Below, piece by piece: positions 54,182 through 64,000 of a stretch of DNA of 64,000 nucleotides. A program made the position numbers and the translations under genes. Origin of the DNA: an uncultured bacterium (GTDB taxonomy: Bacteria; Acidobacteriota; Thermoanaerobaculia; Multivoradales; JAHZIX01); contig CBDUPA010000009.1 of NCBI GenBank assembly GCA_965368975.1, forward strand, positions 32,001-96,000, given 5' to 3'. Under the pieces are notes generated by a model. The model was not told where the DNA came from, made no database searches, and saw only the letters and a list, made by a program, of their open reading frames with translations. The stretch's first letter is position 1, and every line of letters begins with the position of its first letter.

Positions 54182-55138
54182 ATGAGCGTCGAAGTCTCCG
54201 TCATCGTCCCCACTTACAATCGGCTGGAAGTACTGCCGGAGGTGCTGGAAGCCTTGCTCGCCCAGCGCGCGGCGCCGTCGTACGAGCTGATCGTAGTCAA
54301 TGACGGCTCGACGGACGGCACCCGTGTATGGCTCGACGGCTGGCTGCGCCAGGCACAGCTCCACGCTGCCGTCCCGTGTCGTGTCCTGCACCAGGAAAAC
54401 AGCGGCCCGGCGGCGGCGCGCAACGCTGGCGTCGAGGCAGCGCACGGGCACTGGGTGGCCTTCCTGGGTGACGATACCGTCCCCACGCCGGGATGGTTGG
54501 CGGGCCACCGACAGGCACACCGACAGCGCGGCGACCGGCCACACCTGGCAGTCATCGGCTACACCCGCTGGCACCCACGGATGCGGCTCAACCCCTTCCT
54601 GCACTACATCAATGAATACGGTCTGCAGTTCGGATATTCCCTGATCGACGACGCCGAGAACGTCCCGTTCAACTTCTTCTACACCTCCAACCTCTCCCTG
54701 GGCCGTGACCTGCTGCGCGCCGAACCCTTCGACCTGCGCTTTCCCTATGCCGCCTGGGAAGATATCGAGACCAGCTACCGCCTCAGCGGGCGTCATGGCA
54801 TGCGCCTGATCTACGAGCCCGGCGCCGTCGTGCTGCACGACCACCCGACCCGCATCGAGCGCTTTTGCGCCCGGCAGGAGAAGGCCGGCTATTCCGGGGT
54901 CGTTTTCTACGGTCTGCACCCTGAGCTGGGCTCCTTCGTCGGCGTCGGCCCAGACGGTCCACCACCGGTCCCGGATGGCCGCAAGGTACGCTGGCGTGAG
55001 AGACTGGTACGCGCTTTGCAACATGTTCCTGTGAAGCTACCCCGTCTTTGGGAAGACACGCTTCGAGTTCACTACATTCGAGGTCTTCAACGAGGGTGGG
55101 GTGACGAAGCTCACCTCAGGAAAGGAGAAGCATCATGA
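54182..55138 (+). CDS. Glycosyltransferase family 2
   Basis: VSVIVPTYNR, VNDGSTD, GPAAARN, FLGDD, WEDIE motifs. Confidence 0.92.
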   Translation: MSVEVSVIVPTYNRLEVLPEVLEALLAQRAAPSYELIVVNDGSTDGTRVWLDGWLRQAQLHAAVPCRVLHQENSGPAAARNAGVEAAHGHWVAFLGDDTVPTPGWLAGHRQAHRQRGDRPHLAVIGYTRWHPRMRLNPFLHYINEYGLQFGYSLIDDAENVPFNFFYTSNLSLGRDLLRAEPFDLRFPYAAWEDIETSYRLSGRHGMRLIYEPGAVVLHDHPTRIERFCARQEKAGYSGVVFYGLHPELGSFVGVGPDGPPPVPDGRKVRWRERLVRALQHVPVKLPRLWEDTLRVHYIRGLQRGWGDEAHLRKGEAS

Positions 55139-56934
55139 AATCCACAGCCTGTCGATCTGTGCCTCTCGTGGCTTTCGCGGCGGCGGTGTTGCTGCTCGGG
55201 CTGTGGCCCGCGCTGCCATCACAAGCCGACGGAATCGCCGCATCGACGCTGACCACCATCCACTCCAACTTCAACGGCAACTCGGCCGGAGTCGGCAACG
55301 ACCAGCAGGAGCGTGGCCAAGCCCGCTCGTCGAGTTCCTCCAGCTCGTCGAGTCGTGCCAGCTCCTCAAGCAGTAGCTCTGGCTCCTCCCGGGGTAGTGC
55401 CAGTAGCTCGAGTTCTTCGAGCTCCAGCAGCAGCTCCGGGTCGTCGCGTTCCAGCGCTAGCTCGTCGCGCAGTTCCTCTGGCAGCTCACGCGGCAGCAGC
55501 GCCCGCAGCTCGTCCTCGAGCAGTGGCTCGCGCAGCAGCCGTGGCAGCGCGACCCGCTCGTCCGGCACCCGCAGCTCGTCCAGCGACTCCGGCCGCAGCA
55601 GCCGTGGCACCGCGACGCGCTCGTCCGGTGACTCCGGCCGCAGCAGCCGCGGTACCGCGACGCGCACCACCTCGGGTGACTCCGGCAGTCGTACCGATCG
55701 AGGACGCACCTCCAGCGGACGTACCGACACCACCAGCGGTGACCGTGGCCGGGGCACCTCGACCCGCACCACGCGCAATTATCCCGGCTACGATCGCGGC
55801 GGACGTACCCGCACGGACACTCCGACCTACGGTGGTGGCGGCGGCACTGACTACCGCCCGCGCATCGATCGCGCCGACGAGGATCGCACCGACAACTACC
55901 GGGGTCGTCGGTCCAGTCGTCGCTACAGCTACGACCACTACGGCTACGACTACCCCCATCGCACCTACTACTGCCCCTACGACTTCTGGTACTGGAACTT
56001 CGGTATCGGTCCGGCGGGCTACTGGGCCTGGAGCTGGGGCTGGGACTACCCATTCTACGGCTGGGCCTGGGATGCCGGCTGGCCACGCTACCACTACGGC
56101 TACACCAGCCCGACCGTGTTCTGGAGCGCCAACATCGGATGGGGCGTCCACGCCAACGTCGCCTTCCCGATCTACACCCCGTACTACCGCTACCACGACG
56201 AGCGCTCTGACCTCGGTGGTATCGACCTCAACGTCAACCCGCAGGATGCCGGCGTCTACCTGAACGGCCAGTACATCGGCGTGGTCGACGAGTTCAACGG
56301 CTGGCCAGGCTACCTGTGGCTGGAAGAAGGCATTTACCACCTGGTGGTGTACAAAGAGGGATACGAGACAATTTCCCGTGAGTTCACCATCCAGCGTGGC
56401 GTGGTGCTGAACGTCCGCCAGCGCATGTCCATCGGTATCGCGACGCATCCGGACGAGGTCCCCGTACCGCCCCGCGTGCGCTACGAGATCGAAGCCCAGC
56501 GGCAAGCCGAGGAAGACCGCCTGGCCGAGCGTGACCGCAGCGAGGACGAGTGGCGTCAACGTGCCGCCGAGTATCTCGCTCGTCGTGACGCCGAGCAGTA
56601 CGAAGCGGACACCGGCAGCCGTCGCGGCAGCCTCGAAGGCGTCCTCGACGCTCGCGTCGCTCCCGCTCGCCTGAACATCGACGCCGTCCCCGCGGATGCG
56701 TCCGTCTACCTCGACGGCACCTTCCTCGGTACCGCCGCTGACTTGGCGAGCCGAGGTGGCGTGCTGGTCGATCCGGGTAACCACGTCTTGGAGCTGGTCC
56801 GTCCGGGCTACGACTCCAAGCAACGCTCCTTCACCGTCGAGGCCGGCGACCAGCTGCAGGTCAATCTGCAGCTGGAAAAGGCCGGCGAAGGGACCCGTGA
56901 AGAGGGCGTGGCTGTGTCGTCGCTGGCACCGTAG
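55135..56934 (+). CDS. Secreted PEGA-domain protein with Ser/Arg/Gly-rich and Tyr/Trp-rich regions
   Basis: Signal peptide; two PEGA-like units (P.DA.VYL(N/D)G...G...G.H.L....GY). Confidence 0.85.
   Translation: MKSTACRSVPLVAFAAAVLLLGLWPALPSQADGIAASTLTTIHSNFNGNSAGVGNDQQERGQARSSSSSSSSSRASSSSSSSGSSRGSASSSSSSSSSSSSGSSRSSASSSRSSSGSSRGSSARSSSSSSGSRSSRGSATRSSGTRSSSSDSGRSSRGTATRSSGDSGRSSRGTATRTTSGDSGSRTDRGRTSSGRTDTTSGDRGRGTSTRTTRNYPGYDRGGRTRTDTPTYGGGGGTDYRPRIDRADEDRTDNYRGRRSSRRYSYDHYGYDYPHRTYYCPYDFWYWNFGIGPAGYWAWSWGWDYPFYGWAWDAGWPRYHYGYTSPTVFWSANIGWGVHANVAFPIYTPYYRYHDERSDLGGIDLNVNPQDAGVYLNGQYIGVVDEFNGWPGYLWLEEGIYHLVVYKEGYETISREFTIQRGVVLNVRQRMSIGIATHPDEVPVPPRVRYEIEAQRQAEEDRLAERDRSEDEWRQRAAEYLARRDAEQYEADTGSRRGSLEGVLDARVAPARLNIDAVPADASVYLDGTFLGTAADLASRGGVLVDPGNHVLELVRPGYDSKQRSFTVEAGDQLQVNLQLEKAGEGTREEGVAVSSLAP
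55321..55780 (+). repeat. Ser/Arg/Gly/Thr low-complexity repeat region
   Basis: Poly-Ser runs and repeated SGRSSRGTATR units. Confidence 0.85.
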
Positions 56935-56953
56935 ACCCTTAACTCCCTATTTT

Positions 56954-56981
56954 CCCCCTCTCCCGCTCCGGGGAGAGGGGG
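56954..56981. repeat. GC-rich palindrome (REP-like or terminator)
   Basis: CCCCCTCTCCC-GCTCCG-GGGAGAGGGGG, 11-bp perfect stem. Confidence 0.65.
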
Positions 56982-57107
56982 GACTCCTCCTCCCATCCCC
57001 ATCGGATCTGGATCTCGGGCCGTGTGGCGCCCCTCATCTCCCTCGCGGGGATCCCGCCCACCTCCGCAAACCTGACAATTCCGCGACGCCATCGTAAGAT
57101 TGTCAGC

Positions 57108-58292
57108 ATGTGGATCCCAAGAATCCTAGCTCCTGAACTCCGCCGCCTCGCCAAGACCTTCCCCGTCCTCGTCCTCGTCGGCCCCCGCCAGGTCGGCAAG
57201 ACGACGCTTTTGGAACGCGTGTTCGACGACTACGCCTACCTCCCCCTCGACGTCGCTGGCCACGCCGAGATGGCGGAAACGCAGCCGGACGAGCTGCTGC
57301 GACGCTACCCGCCACCCGTGGTTCTAGACGAGATCCAGTACGCTCCGGCCTTCTTCCGCCACATCAAGACCGCCGTCGACGCCCGCCGAGGCGAGAACGG
57401 CATGTTCATCCTGACCGGCTCGCAGAACTACGCGCTGATGGAAGGTGTGTCCGACAGCCTGGCAGGACGCGCGGCGGTGATTCCGTTTCTGGGACTTTCA
57501 GGCAACGAATGGGGCGTCGTGGACGAGCTGCGGCAGCGCTATGACTGGCGCGAGTTCCTGTGGCGCGGAGGGTACCCGGCCTTGTGGGAGCACCTCGACG
57601 AAGCCGCCCCCCGCGACCGGTGGTACCAGGGGTACCTAACCACCTACTTGGAGCGCGACGTGCGCAACTTGCTCAACGTGGGCAGCTTGCGCGATTTCGA
57701 GCGATTCCTGCGCGCCTGCGCGGCACGCACGGCGCAGACGTTGAACCAGAGTGACCTGGCGCGGGATGTGGGTATCTCCGCTTCGACGGCGAGCGCATGG
57801 CTGAGTACGCTGCAAGCGTCAGGGCAGATCTTCTTGCTCGAGCCGTATCACCGCTCGCTGGGCAAACGCCTCGCCAAGTCCCCCAAGCTCTACTTCGCCG
57901 ATACCGGCCTGGCGGCCTTCCTGCTGGGCTTCGCTTCTGCCGACGCGCTGTTCCGCAGCCCGAGCGCGGGAGCAATGTGGGAGAACTACGTAATCAGCCA
58001 GTGGTTGCGCTGGCGGGACTGGACGGAGCCTTCGACATCACTCTGGTACTGGCGGGACCCGAATGCCGAGGTGGATTTACTGCTGGAGCGCAACGGCAAG
58101 CTGATCGCGGTGGAGTGCAAGCTGAAGCAGACCCCGGTGACGAAAGACCTGCGGGGTATCCGGCGGTTGCGGACGTTCTATGGCGCGGACGAGGTAGCCC
58201 GTGCGTACGTCGCGTGCACGACCGAGGTGCCATACGACGTGGATGACGGCGTGACGGCCATGCCCGGATGGCGAACCTGGGACCTAGACTGA
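57108..58292 (+). CDS. AAA_14 ATPase with DUF4143 / restriction-endonuclease-like C-terminus
   Basis: GPRQVGKTT, LDEIQ, LTGS, GGYP, KSPKLYFADTGL, EVDLL...AVECK. Confidence 0.9.
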   Translation: MWIPRILAPELRRLAKTFPVLVLVGPRQVGKTTLLERVFDDYAYLPLDVAGHAEMAETQPDELLRRYPPPVVLDEIQYAPAFFRHIKTAVDARRGENGMFILTGSQNYALMEGVSDSLAGRAAVIPFLGLSGNEWGVVDELRQRYDWREFLWRGGYPALWEHLDEAAPRDRWYQGYLTTYLERDVRNLLNVGSLRDFERFLRACAARTAQTLNQSDLARDVGISASTASAWLSTLQASGQIFLLEPYHRSLGKRLAKSPKLYFADTGLAAFLLGFASADALFRSPSAGAMWENYVISQWLRWRDWTEPSTSLWYWRDPNAEVDLLLERNGKLIAVECKLKQTPVTKDLRGIRRLRTFYGADEVARAYVACTTEVPYDVDDGVTAMPGWRTWDLD

Positions 58293-59537
58293 GCGCCCAG
58301 CGTTCTCGGCTGCTTTCGGCAGAGCCTTGATCTCCAGGGCTTCTTGGAAGGCAGGCAGCGTGTCCCGCACCTCGATCGCGAGAGGATCCGTCGTCGAGCG
58401 CAGCCGGATCTCCAAGTTCTCGAGGAGCTTCTCGGCCTCCAGGATGTCTCCCTCCTCCAAGGCCACTGAGAACTGCTGCATCTCGCACAGCAGCCGGCTT
58501 GGCGCTTGTGTTGCCGGCAACCACTCGATGCGCAGAGCGGCCAGGCGTTCGAAGGCTCCTTCGTCCAGGATCTGCCGCAGTGAGCGCGCCTGGAGTGCTG
58601 CCAGGGCCTTTTGTCCCGCCGGGCGTTGCCCTGGGCTGAGTGCGGTGGCGTCCAGCACGCGCTCGACGAGTGCCGGTTCTTCCTCCGCGATCAGCTCGAC
58701 GTGGCGGCGTAGGAAGGGATGAGGAAAATGGCTGACCTCGTGATGTAGCACCGGGGTGAAGCGCAGCAACGGACCGCCAGGCCGGAAGCCGAACCGATCC
58801 CCGAGATAGAGGAAAAACTGCAGAGTCACCTCGACCAGGTAGATCGGCAGCCTCAGGCCTGCAGCGACACCAGCGCTGAAACCGACCAGCGCGGCGGTGG
58901 TGGGAACACCCGGTTCGTAGGCACCGAAGTACAGAAAGCCCAGGTAGAGCCCGATCACGAGGATCATGGGGCTGAGGATGACGCCGGCCTTGGAGGCTGA
59001 GCGACCGGCTCGCAAGCCTCGAGCAAGATCCGGGGCCATTCCGGCCGCGACTCCCAAGGCCAGCATGAAGCCGGTTTCCAAGAGAAAGCCGTTGGCGAGA
59101 CCAAGAGCAAGGCCGAAGGTCGAGGCCAGAATGGCTGCCTCAGGAACACTGATGTAGAGGGACCAGACCAGCATCAACGGGACCCCGATCAGAATCCCGA
59201 AGGCAACGTCTGCCAAGCCCACCGCTACACCTAACCCTGACAATGCAGCTGCCGTTCCCAGCGCCAGCGAAGGCGTAACGATGAGGACGGTGAAAGCCGT
59301 CCGGACCAGGAAGCCTGTCCAGGCGGACCAACCCGGCCGCAGTGATTCCCTACATCGCTGCAGGGCTCCGGCCAGCCCGAGCCGGGTGCGCAAGCGCCTC
59401 CAGACATCGCCGATCGAGTCACCTGGATCGATATCGAGGGCACGCAACCGGCGATGCAGTGCCACGGGTTGCATGAAGAACATCCAGGCGAAGTGAAGGA
59501 AACCTGGAAGCCGTACGCCAAGGGTTTGTCTACTCAC
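58284..59537 (-). CDS. Hypothetical membrane protein
   Basis: Several Gly/Ala-rich TMs followed by a helical soluble region. Confidence 0.7.
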   Translation of the reverse strand: MSRQTLGVRLPGFLHFAWMFFMQPVALHRRLRALDIDPGDSIGDVWRRLRTRLGLAGALQRCRESLRPGWSAWTGFLVRTAFTVLIVTPSLALGTAAALSGLGVAVGLADVAFGILIGVPLMLVWSLYISVPEAAILASTFGLALGLANGFLLETGFMLALGVAAGMAPDLARGLRAGRSASKAGVILSPMILVIGLYLGFLYFGAYEPGVPTTAALVGFSAGVAAGLRLPIYLVEVTLQFFLYLGDRFGFRPGGPLLRFTPVLHHEVSHFPHPFLRRHVELIAEEEPALVERVLDATALSPGQRPAGQKALAALQARSLRQILDEGAFERLAALRIEWLPATQAPSRLLCEMQQFSVALEEGDILEAEKLLENLEIRLRSTTDPLAIEVRDTLPAFQEALEIKALPKAAENAGRSV

Positions 59538-59763
59538 GAGGGATCTCCGATTATTCCGAGGTGAACTATAGATGAGAAGCCGGCGATCCGGCCCGGAGAT
59601 AGGTAGACCTACGGCCCGCTGGATTCAAAGTTTGAGACCAGCACCGTGCCACCGCAAGGGTGCAGGCGGAAACATGCGGGACGACCATTTCGTTGCGGTC
59701 TTGGGACCCGACCTCCATACGGTAGACTTTCTCCTCACTACCCACCATCCCGCAGGAGGCCTC

Positions 59764-61698
59764 ATGATCCCCGTCAAGCCGCACATCGCCGCCAATGCCC
59801 ACATTGGTTCCCTGGAGCACTACCACGAGCTGTACCGGGAGTCGATCGAGCAGCCAGACGTCTTCTGGCGCCGGCAGGCGGAGCGCTTGACCTGGTTCCA
59901 GCCACCTTCCTCCGTCTCCGAAACCGACCTGCACGAAGCCGAGTTCTCCTGGTTCGCGGGTGGTCAGCTCAACGCCTCGACCAACTGTGTGGACCGGCAT
60001 GCGGACACGCATCCCGAGCGCACGGCGATCATCTGGGCCAAGGACGAGGCGGGGGAGTACGAGCGGATCAGCTACCGCGAGCTGAAGCGACAGGTGGCGC
60101 GGGTTGCCAATGTGCTGAAGGCCTGCGGGGTGCGCAAGGGCGACCGGGTGTGTATCTACCTGCCAATGATCCCGGAGCTGGCGTACACCATGCTGGCGTG
60201 CGCGCGCATCGGCGCGGTGCACTCCATCGTCTTCGCCGGCTTCTCGGCCGAGGCGCTACGCGATCGCATTCTGGACGCAGGCTGCCGGGTGGTGGTGACG
60301 GCGAACGAAGGGCTTCGCGGCGGTAAGCACATTCCGCTCAAGCACACCACGGACGACGCGGTGGCCGGATTGTCGATCGTGGAGACAGTGTTGGTGGCGC
60401 AGCGCACGGACAAGGACGTGCCGATGCAGGCGGGGCGGGACTTCTGGCTGCACGAGGAGATGGCGAGGCAGCGGCCGGTGTGCCCGGCGGCATGGATGGA
60501 CGCGGAGGACCCACTATTCATCCTCTACACCTCGGGCTCGACCGGCAAACCGAAGGGTGTGCTGCACACGACGGGCGGGTACCTGACGTACACCTCCCTG
60601 ACGCATGAGTACATCTTCGACCTGCAGCCCGGCGACATCTACTGTTGCGCCGCGGATATCGGCTGGATCACCGGCCACAGCTACATCATCTACGGACCGC
60701 TGGCCAACGGCGCCACGACGGTGATGTTCGAGTCGACGCCGGTGTATCCGGACGCCGGCCGCTACTGGCGCATGGTGGACGAGCTGGAGATCACCCAGTT
60801 CTATACCGCCCCGACAGCGATTCGCGCCATTGCGCGGCATGGCGACGAGTGGGTGACGAAGTACAGCCGCGAGTCGCTACGCATCTTGGGCACGGTCGGC
60901 GAGCCGATCAACCCGGAGGTGTGGAATTGGTACCACGACCTGGTGGGCGGTGGCCGCTGCGCGGTGGTGGACACCTGGTGGCAGACGGAGACCGGAGGCG
61001 TGTTGATCACGCCACTGCCGGGAGCGACAGCGACCAAGCCAGGCTCGGCAACGCTACCGTTCTTCGGGATCGAGCCGGTTCTGATGGACGACGACGGCAA
61101 CGAGGTCGAGGGAAACGACGTCTCCGGCAACCTGTGCCTGCAGCGCAGCTGGCCAGGGCAGGCCCGCACCATCTACGGCGACCACGACCGCTTTCTCGAG
61201 ACGTACTTCCGGCGCTTCCCAGGCCTCTACTTCACCGGTGACGGCTGTCGGCGCGACGAGGACGGCTACTACTGGATCACCGGCCGTGTCGACGACGTGC
61301 TCAACGTCTCGGGCCACCGGCTGGGCACGGCGGAGGTCGAGAGTGCGCTGGTGGCGCACGAGGTGGTGGCTGAGGCGGCGGTGGTGGGTTTCCCGCACGA
61401 GATCAAGGGCACGGGTATCTATGCCTACGTCCACCTGACCGAGGAGGCGGAAGAGTGGGACCCGGAAGAGCTGATCGGCGCGCTGAAGGACCAGGTCCGC
61501 CACGCCATCGGCCCGATCGCGACCCCGGATCGCATCCATGTCGCCGCGGGACTGCCGAAGACCCGTTCCGGCAAGATCATGCGCCGCATCCTGCGCAAGA
61601 TCGCAGCCGGTGAGTACACGGACCTGGGCGACATCTCGACGCTGGCAGATCCCGGCGTCGTCGAACAGCTAGTGGAAGAGCACCGCCAGCACGCATGA
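59764..61698 (+). CDS. acs: Acetyl-CoA synthetase
   Basis: [43 protein letters not shown]; GGAGG RBS before ATG at 59764. Confidence 0.97.
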   Translation: MIPVKPHIAANAHIGSLEHYHELYRESIEQPDVFWRRQAERLTWFQPPSSVSETDLHEAEFSWFAGGQLNASTNCVDRHADTHPERTAIIWAKDEAGEYERISYRELKRQVARVANVLKACGVRKGDRVCIYLPMIPELAYTMLACARIGAVHSIVFAGFSAEALRDRILDAGCRVVVTANEGLRGGKHIPLKHTTDDAVAGLSIVETVLVAQRTDKDVPMQAGRDFWLHEEMARQRPVCPAAWMDAEDPLFILYTSGSTGKPKGVLHTTGGYLTYTSLTHEYIFDLQPGDIYCCAADIGWITGHSYIIYGPLANGATTVMFESTPVYPDAGRYWRMVDELEITQFYTAPTAIRAIARHGDEWVTKYSRESLRILGTVGEPINPEVWNWYHDLVGGGRCAVVDTWWQTETGGVLITPLPGATATKPGSATLPFFGIEPVLMDDDGNEVEGNDVSGNLCLQRSWPGQARTIYGDHDRFLETYFRRFPGLYFTGDGCRRDEDGYYWITGRVDDVLNVSGHRLGTAEVESALVAHEVVAEAAVVGFPHEIKGTGIYAYVHLTEEAEEWDPEELIGALKDQVRHAIGPIATPDRIHVAAGLPKTRSGKIMRRILRKIAAGEYTDLGDISTLADPGVVEQLVEEHRQHA

Positions 61699-61764
61699 TG
61701 CCCCGGCATGGGGATGCTCATCTTCCCTTCCGGCGCGGCAAAGCCCCACAGGCCCCCCAACGAA

Positions 61765-63222
61765 CTAGTTGACGAGTTCTTCGGGGATCTGGCGCGGCAA
61801 GTAGCGCAGACGCCGCAAGTAGTTCGTGATCCGCTCCACCAGCGGCTGGTCCACCTGACCACCGCTCGCCGACTGACGGAACAGCGTCAAGATCGCCGTG
61901 CCTTCGACGCCGATCTGTTCCGGGTCACAGTGCCCGGCCAGAGAACCAGCCAGCAGGCGCAACTCGCCGAGGCGCTTCTGCTGGGTGAAGACACGCGCCA
62001 AATCAAGGCTGACCAGGACGGCATCGAAATTCTCGCCGCGACGCAGGAAGGCGTTGCGCGTCTCTTGGTAGGTCCGTTCGGCCTCCGCCAGATCGTCGCT
62101 CTCGGCCAGCTTGCCCTCGGTCCAGCGCAGCTGGAGGAGTGCCCGGTCGTGCCCGAGTTCGGAGCAACGCTGGCGAGCTTCTTCCACCAGGGCAACCACG
62201 AGCTCGCTCTGGCTGCTGCTCTCGGCCTGGCCGCTCTCAGCCCTGCAGAGAGCCAGTCGGGTCAGGGCGCGGCAGTAGAGGTGGGCGTCGACGGCCGGGT
62301 CGAGCCGCTCCAGCGCCATTTCCAGCGGTCGCAGACCGCGCTCGGGACGACCGGCGCGATGCAGGGTGATCGCTTGATCGATCAGCGCCCGGCAGCGCAG
62401 CAGCGGCTCGTCGAGCTGGCGGTAGACGGTGACCACGCGGCGGTGCAGCATGAGAGCTTCGTCGAAGCGGCCTTCGTCACGGCGCAGCGCGGCGAGCTGT
62501 TCGAACACGTCGACCACGGACAGGTCGATGCCGGTGCCCTGGCGCTGCAACTCCTGCGCCTTGTCGAACGCCTCGCGCGAAGCCACCAAATTGCCGGCGG
62601 CACGGTGGGCGTTACCCAGGAAGGCCCAGGCGACGGCGCGTTCGTCGCACACTAGGCGGCGGCTGTAGATCTCGGGGCGCAGGTGGTCTCCCACCTCGAC
62701 CGCCAGTCGCGCCAGCTCGACGGCCTCATGGGCTCCGCGTCGCAGGCTGGCCACGCGGCTGGCCTCGCACAGCAAACGGCGCAGCGGTAGCGAGTGGTAG
62801 CGCGGATCGTTGGCCACGACCTGCTGGCACGTCTCGGTGTTGAATGTCATGAGCACGGCCAGGGCTCGCAGAGCGTCCGCCTTTTGGCGCTCGGAGCGCT
62901 GCCGCCAGCCCAGCAATTTTGCGCCGGCGGCACGAATTACGGAGCCGTACTCACTCGGAGCCCCGCTCGGCTGACCTGCCGGTACGGCATCCACTTCGCG
63001 TGCCAAACGCTGCAGCGTCCTGCGGACGGTCTCAGCACAGCGCGGACACGTCGGCACGTAACGAAACACCGGCGCTGCCGGAGCGTAGAGTTCGGCGCCG
63101 GGCTGTGCACCGCGGGGAATCAGCTGCAGCAGCTGACTCAGGACGTCTTCGGAGACGTGTTCATGAACCGAGGATGTCGGTTCCGTCTGGGCGAAGTGTG
63201 CATTTTCCACATTCTGCTCCAT
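61765..63222 (-). CDS. TPR-like helical repeat protein with N-terminal CxxC
   Basis: CPRC near the N-terminus; WAFLGNAHR, ALIDQAI, LRWTEGKL, LVSLDLA helical repeats. Confidence 0.75.
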   Translation of the reverse strand: MEQNVENAHFAQTEPTSSVHEHVSEDVLSQLLQLIPRGAQPGAELYAPAAPVFRYVPTCPRCAETVRRTLQRLAREVDAVPAGQPSGAPSEYGSVIRAAGAKLLGWRQRSERQKADALRALAVLMTFNTETCQQVVANDPRYHSLPLRRLLCEASRVASLRRGAHEAVELARLAVEVGDHLRPEIYSRRLVCDERAVAWAFLGNAHRAAGNLVASREAFDKAQELQRQGTGIDLSVVDVFEQLAALRRDEGRFDEALMLHRRVVTVYRQLDEPLLRCRALIDQAITLHRAGRPERGLRPLEMALERLDPAVDAHLYCRALTRLALCRAESGQAESSSQSELVVALVEEARQRCSELGHDRALLQLRWTEGKLAESDDLAEAERTYQETRNAFLRRGENFDAVLVSLDLARVFTQQKRLGELRLLAGSLAGHCDPEQIGVEGTAILTLFRQSASGGQVDQPLVERITNYLRRLRYLPRQIPEELVN

Positions 63223-63607
63223 GTTCGGCGGTTCTAACTCGGCACTCCGTAGCTCACCCTACCCTTAGCTATCGCTGCCTCTGTCAACCTCGAGATAACC
63301 CGTGCAACCTCCGCTTGTTGGTGCCTCGCCAAGGTGAGTACCGCAAGAGGGTTGGCGGCCGCCGGAGATAGGCTCCGGCGGACCGACCGTAGGGAATCCG
63401 AACACATCGAATGTCAAATCATGCCCAGACCAAAGGAGAAAATCGAAATCATGCTAGCTGCGGCACTCTGAAGGAGTTGTCGCAGTCTGCTTCTATGAAC
63501 AGTGGTGTGGCATGGCGGGAAAATGGGGACAACTTTTTTTCGCACTCGTGGACTGCGCCGTCGCGACAGGCGCGAACCGCCTGAGAATCGGGGCGTTTGC
63601 CCGCGAG

Positions 63608-64000
63608 TCAGAGCGCGCCGAGATCCGCGGCCGTGGGTAGAATGCCGAAGCCATCCGCGGACTGCACCGCCGTGACGATGGCCGCCGCCACGGCGTGCTC
63701 GGCCAGCACGCCGACCTGGTTGACGTGCGCCGGCTGGGTGCCCGACGACAAGACCGCGATCAGATCGCCGTCATAGAGCGTGAGCGCTGGCGCCAGGGCT
63801 CGGTGAAACCCACCGAAAGCCATGTGACAGACCTTGAGTAAACCAGGTTTCGGCAGCGCCGCGTCGGTGATCACTGCGGCCAGGGTGGTGTTGCCTTCCC
63901 ACACCGTCTGGTGCTCGGGCGGCAGGTTCGCCAAGACACGCTCGGCACCGGCCAGCTCGAGACTGTCGGGTGAGCGGCGGCAACCGGCGAGCAGGCGACC
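63608..64000 (-). CDS. P1/S58 (DmpA-like) peptidase, C-terminal part; runs off the window
   Basis: NTTLAAVITDA.L, ALAPALTLYDGD pattern. Confidence 0.75.
   Translation of the reverse strand, partial: GRLLAGCRRSPDSLELAGAERVLANLPPEHQTVWEGNTTLAAVITDAALPKPGLLKVCHMAFGGFHRALAPALTLYDGDLIAVLSSGTQPAHVNQVGVLAEHAVAAAIVTAVQSADGFGILPTAADLGAL

Noticed and set aside
59572-59763. N-terminal extension of acs
   Set aside because: RBS and homology indicate the start at 59764
63411-63584. 57-codon + strand ORF upstream of the TPR gene
   Set aside because: Codon usage unlike the genome and no recognisable features

Overview
High-GC chromosomal window, probably from an Acidobacteriota genome (inferred from the GWxTD protein and the large TPR and kinase-ATPase proteins; Thermoanaerobaculia-like). 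It is mostly housekeeping and transport genes: an ECF42-type sigma factor with its DGPF partner, an MMPL transporter, tRNA-Glu(CTC), abgT, ampG, an M49 peptidase, acetoacetate-CoA ligase, an ABC-2 exporter, pepT, comEA, eno-ftsB, a CPA2 antiporter, a sigma54 two-component system, apgM, an SLC12-like cotransporter, trmJ and acs. I found no integrase, transposase or CRISPR array. The most notable items are: (1) a stand-alone Cys/Thr-rich double-glycine RiPP-like precursor (29524-29727) with no maturase in view; (2) a solitary low-GC 955-aa STAND-like P-loop gene inserted upstream of ampG; (3) a CHAT-NB-ARC-TPR NLR-like protease beside the tRNA; (4) an operon with two Rieske-fused enzymes (FMN glutamate-synthase-like and TPP pyruvate-oxidase-like) plus three DUF genes; (5) a sigma54 two-component module whose apparent target is a secreted His/Asp-rich repeat protein; (6) a DnaA-box cluster in an about 0.9-kb intergenic region (candidate oriC); (7) a 27-bp duplication of the kinase 3' end that keeps the same peptide, plus recurrent 15-bp micro-duplications. 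All family calls come from motif recognition by eye; no searches were run.
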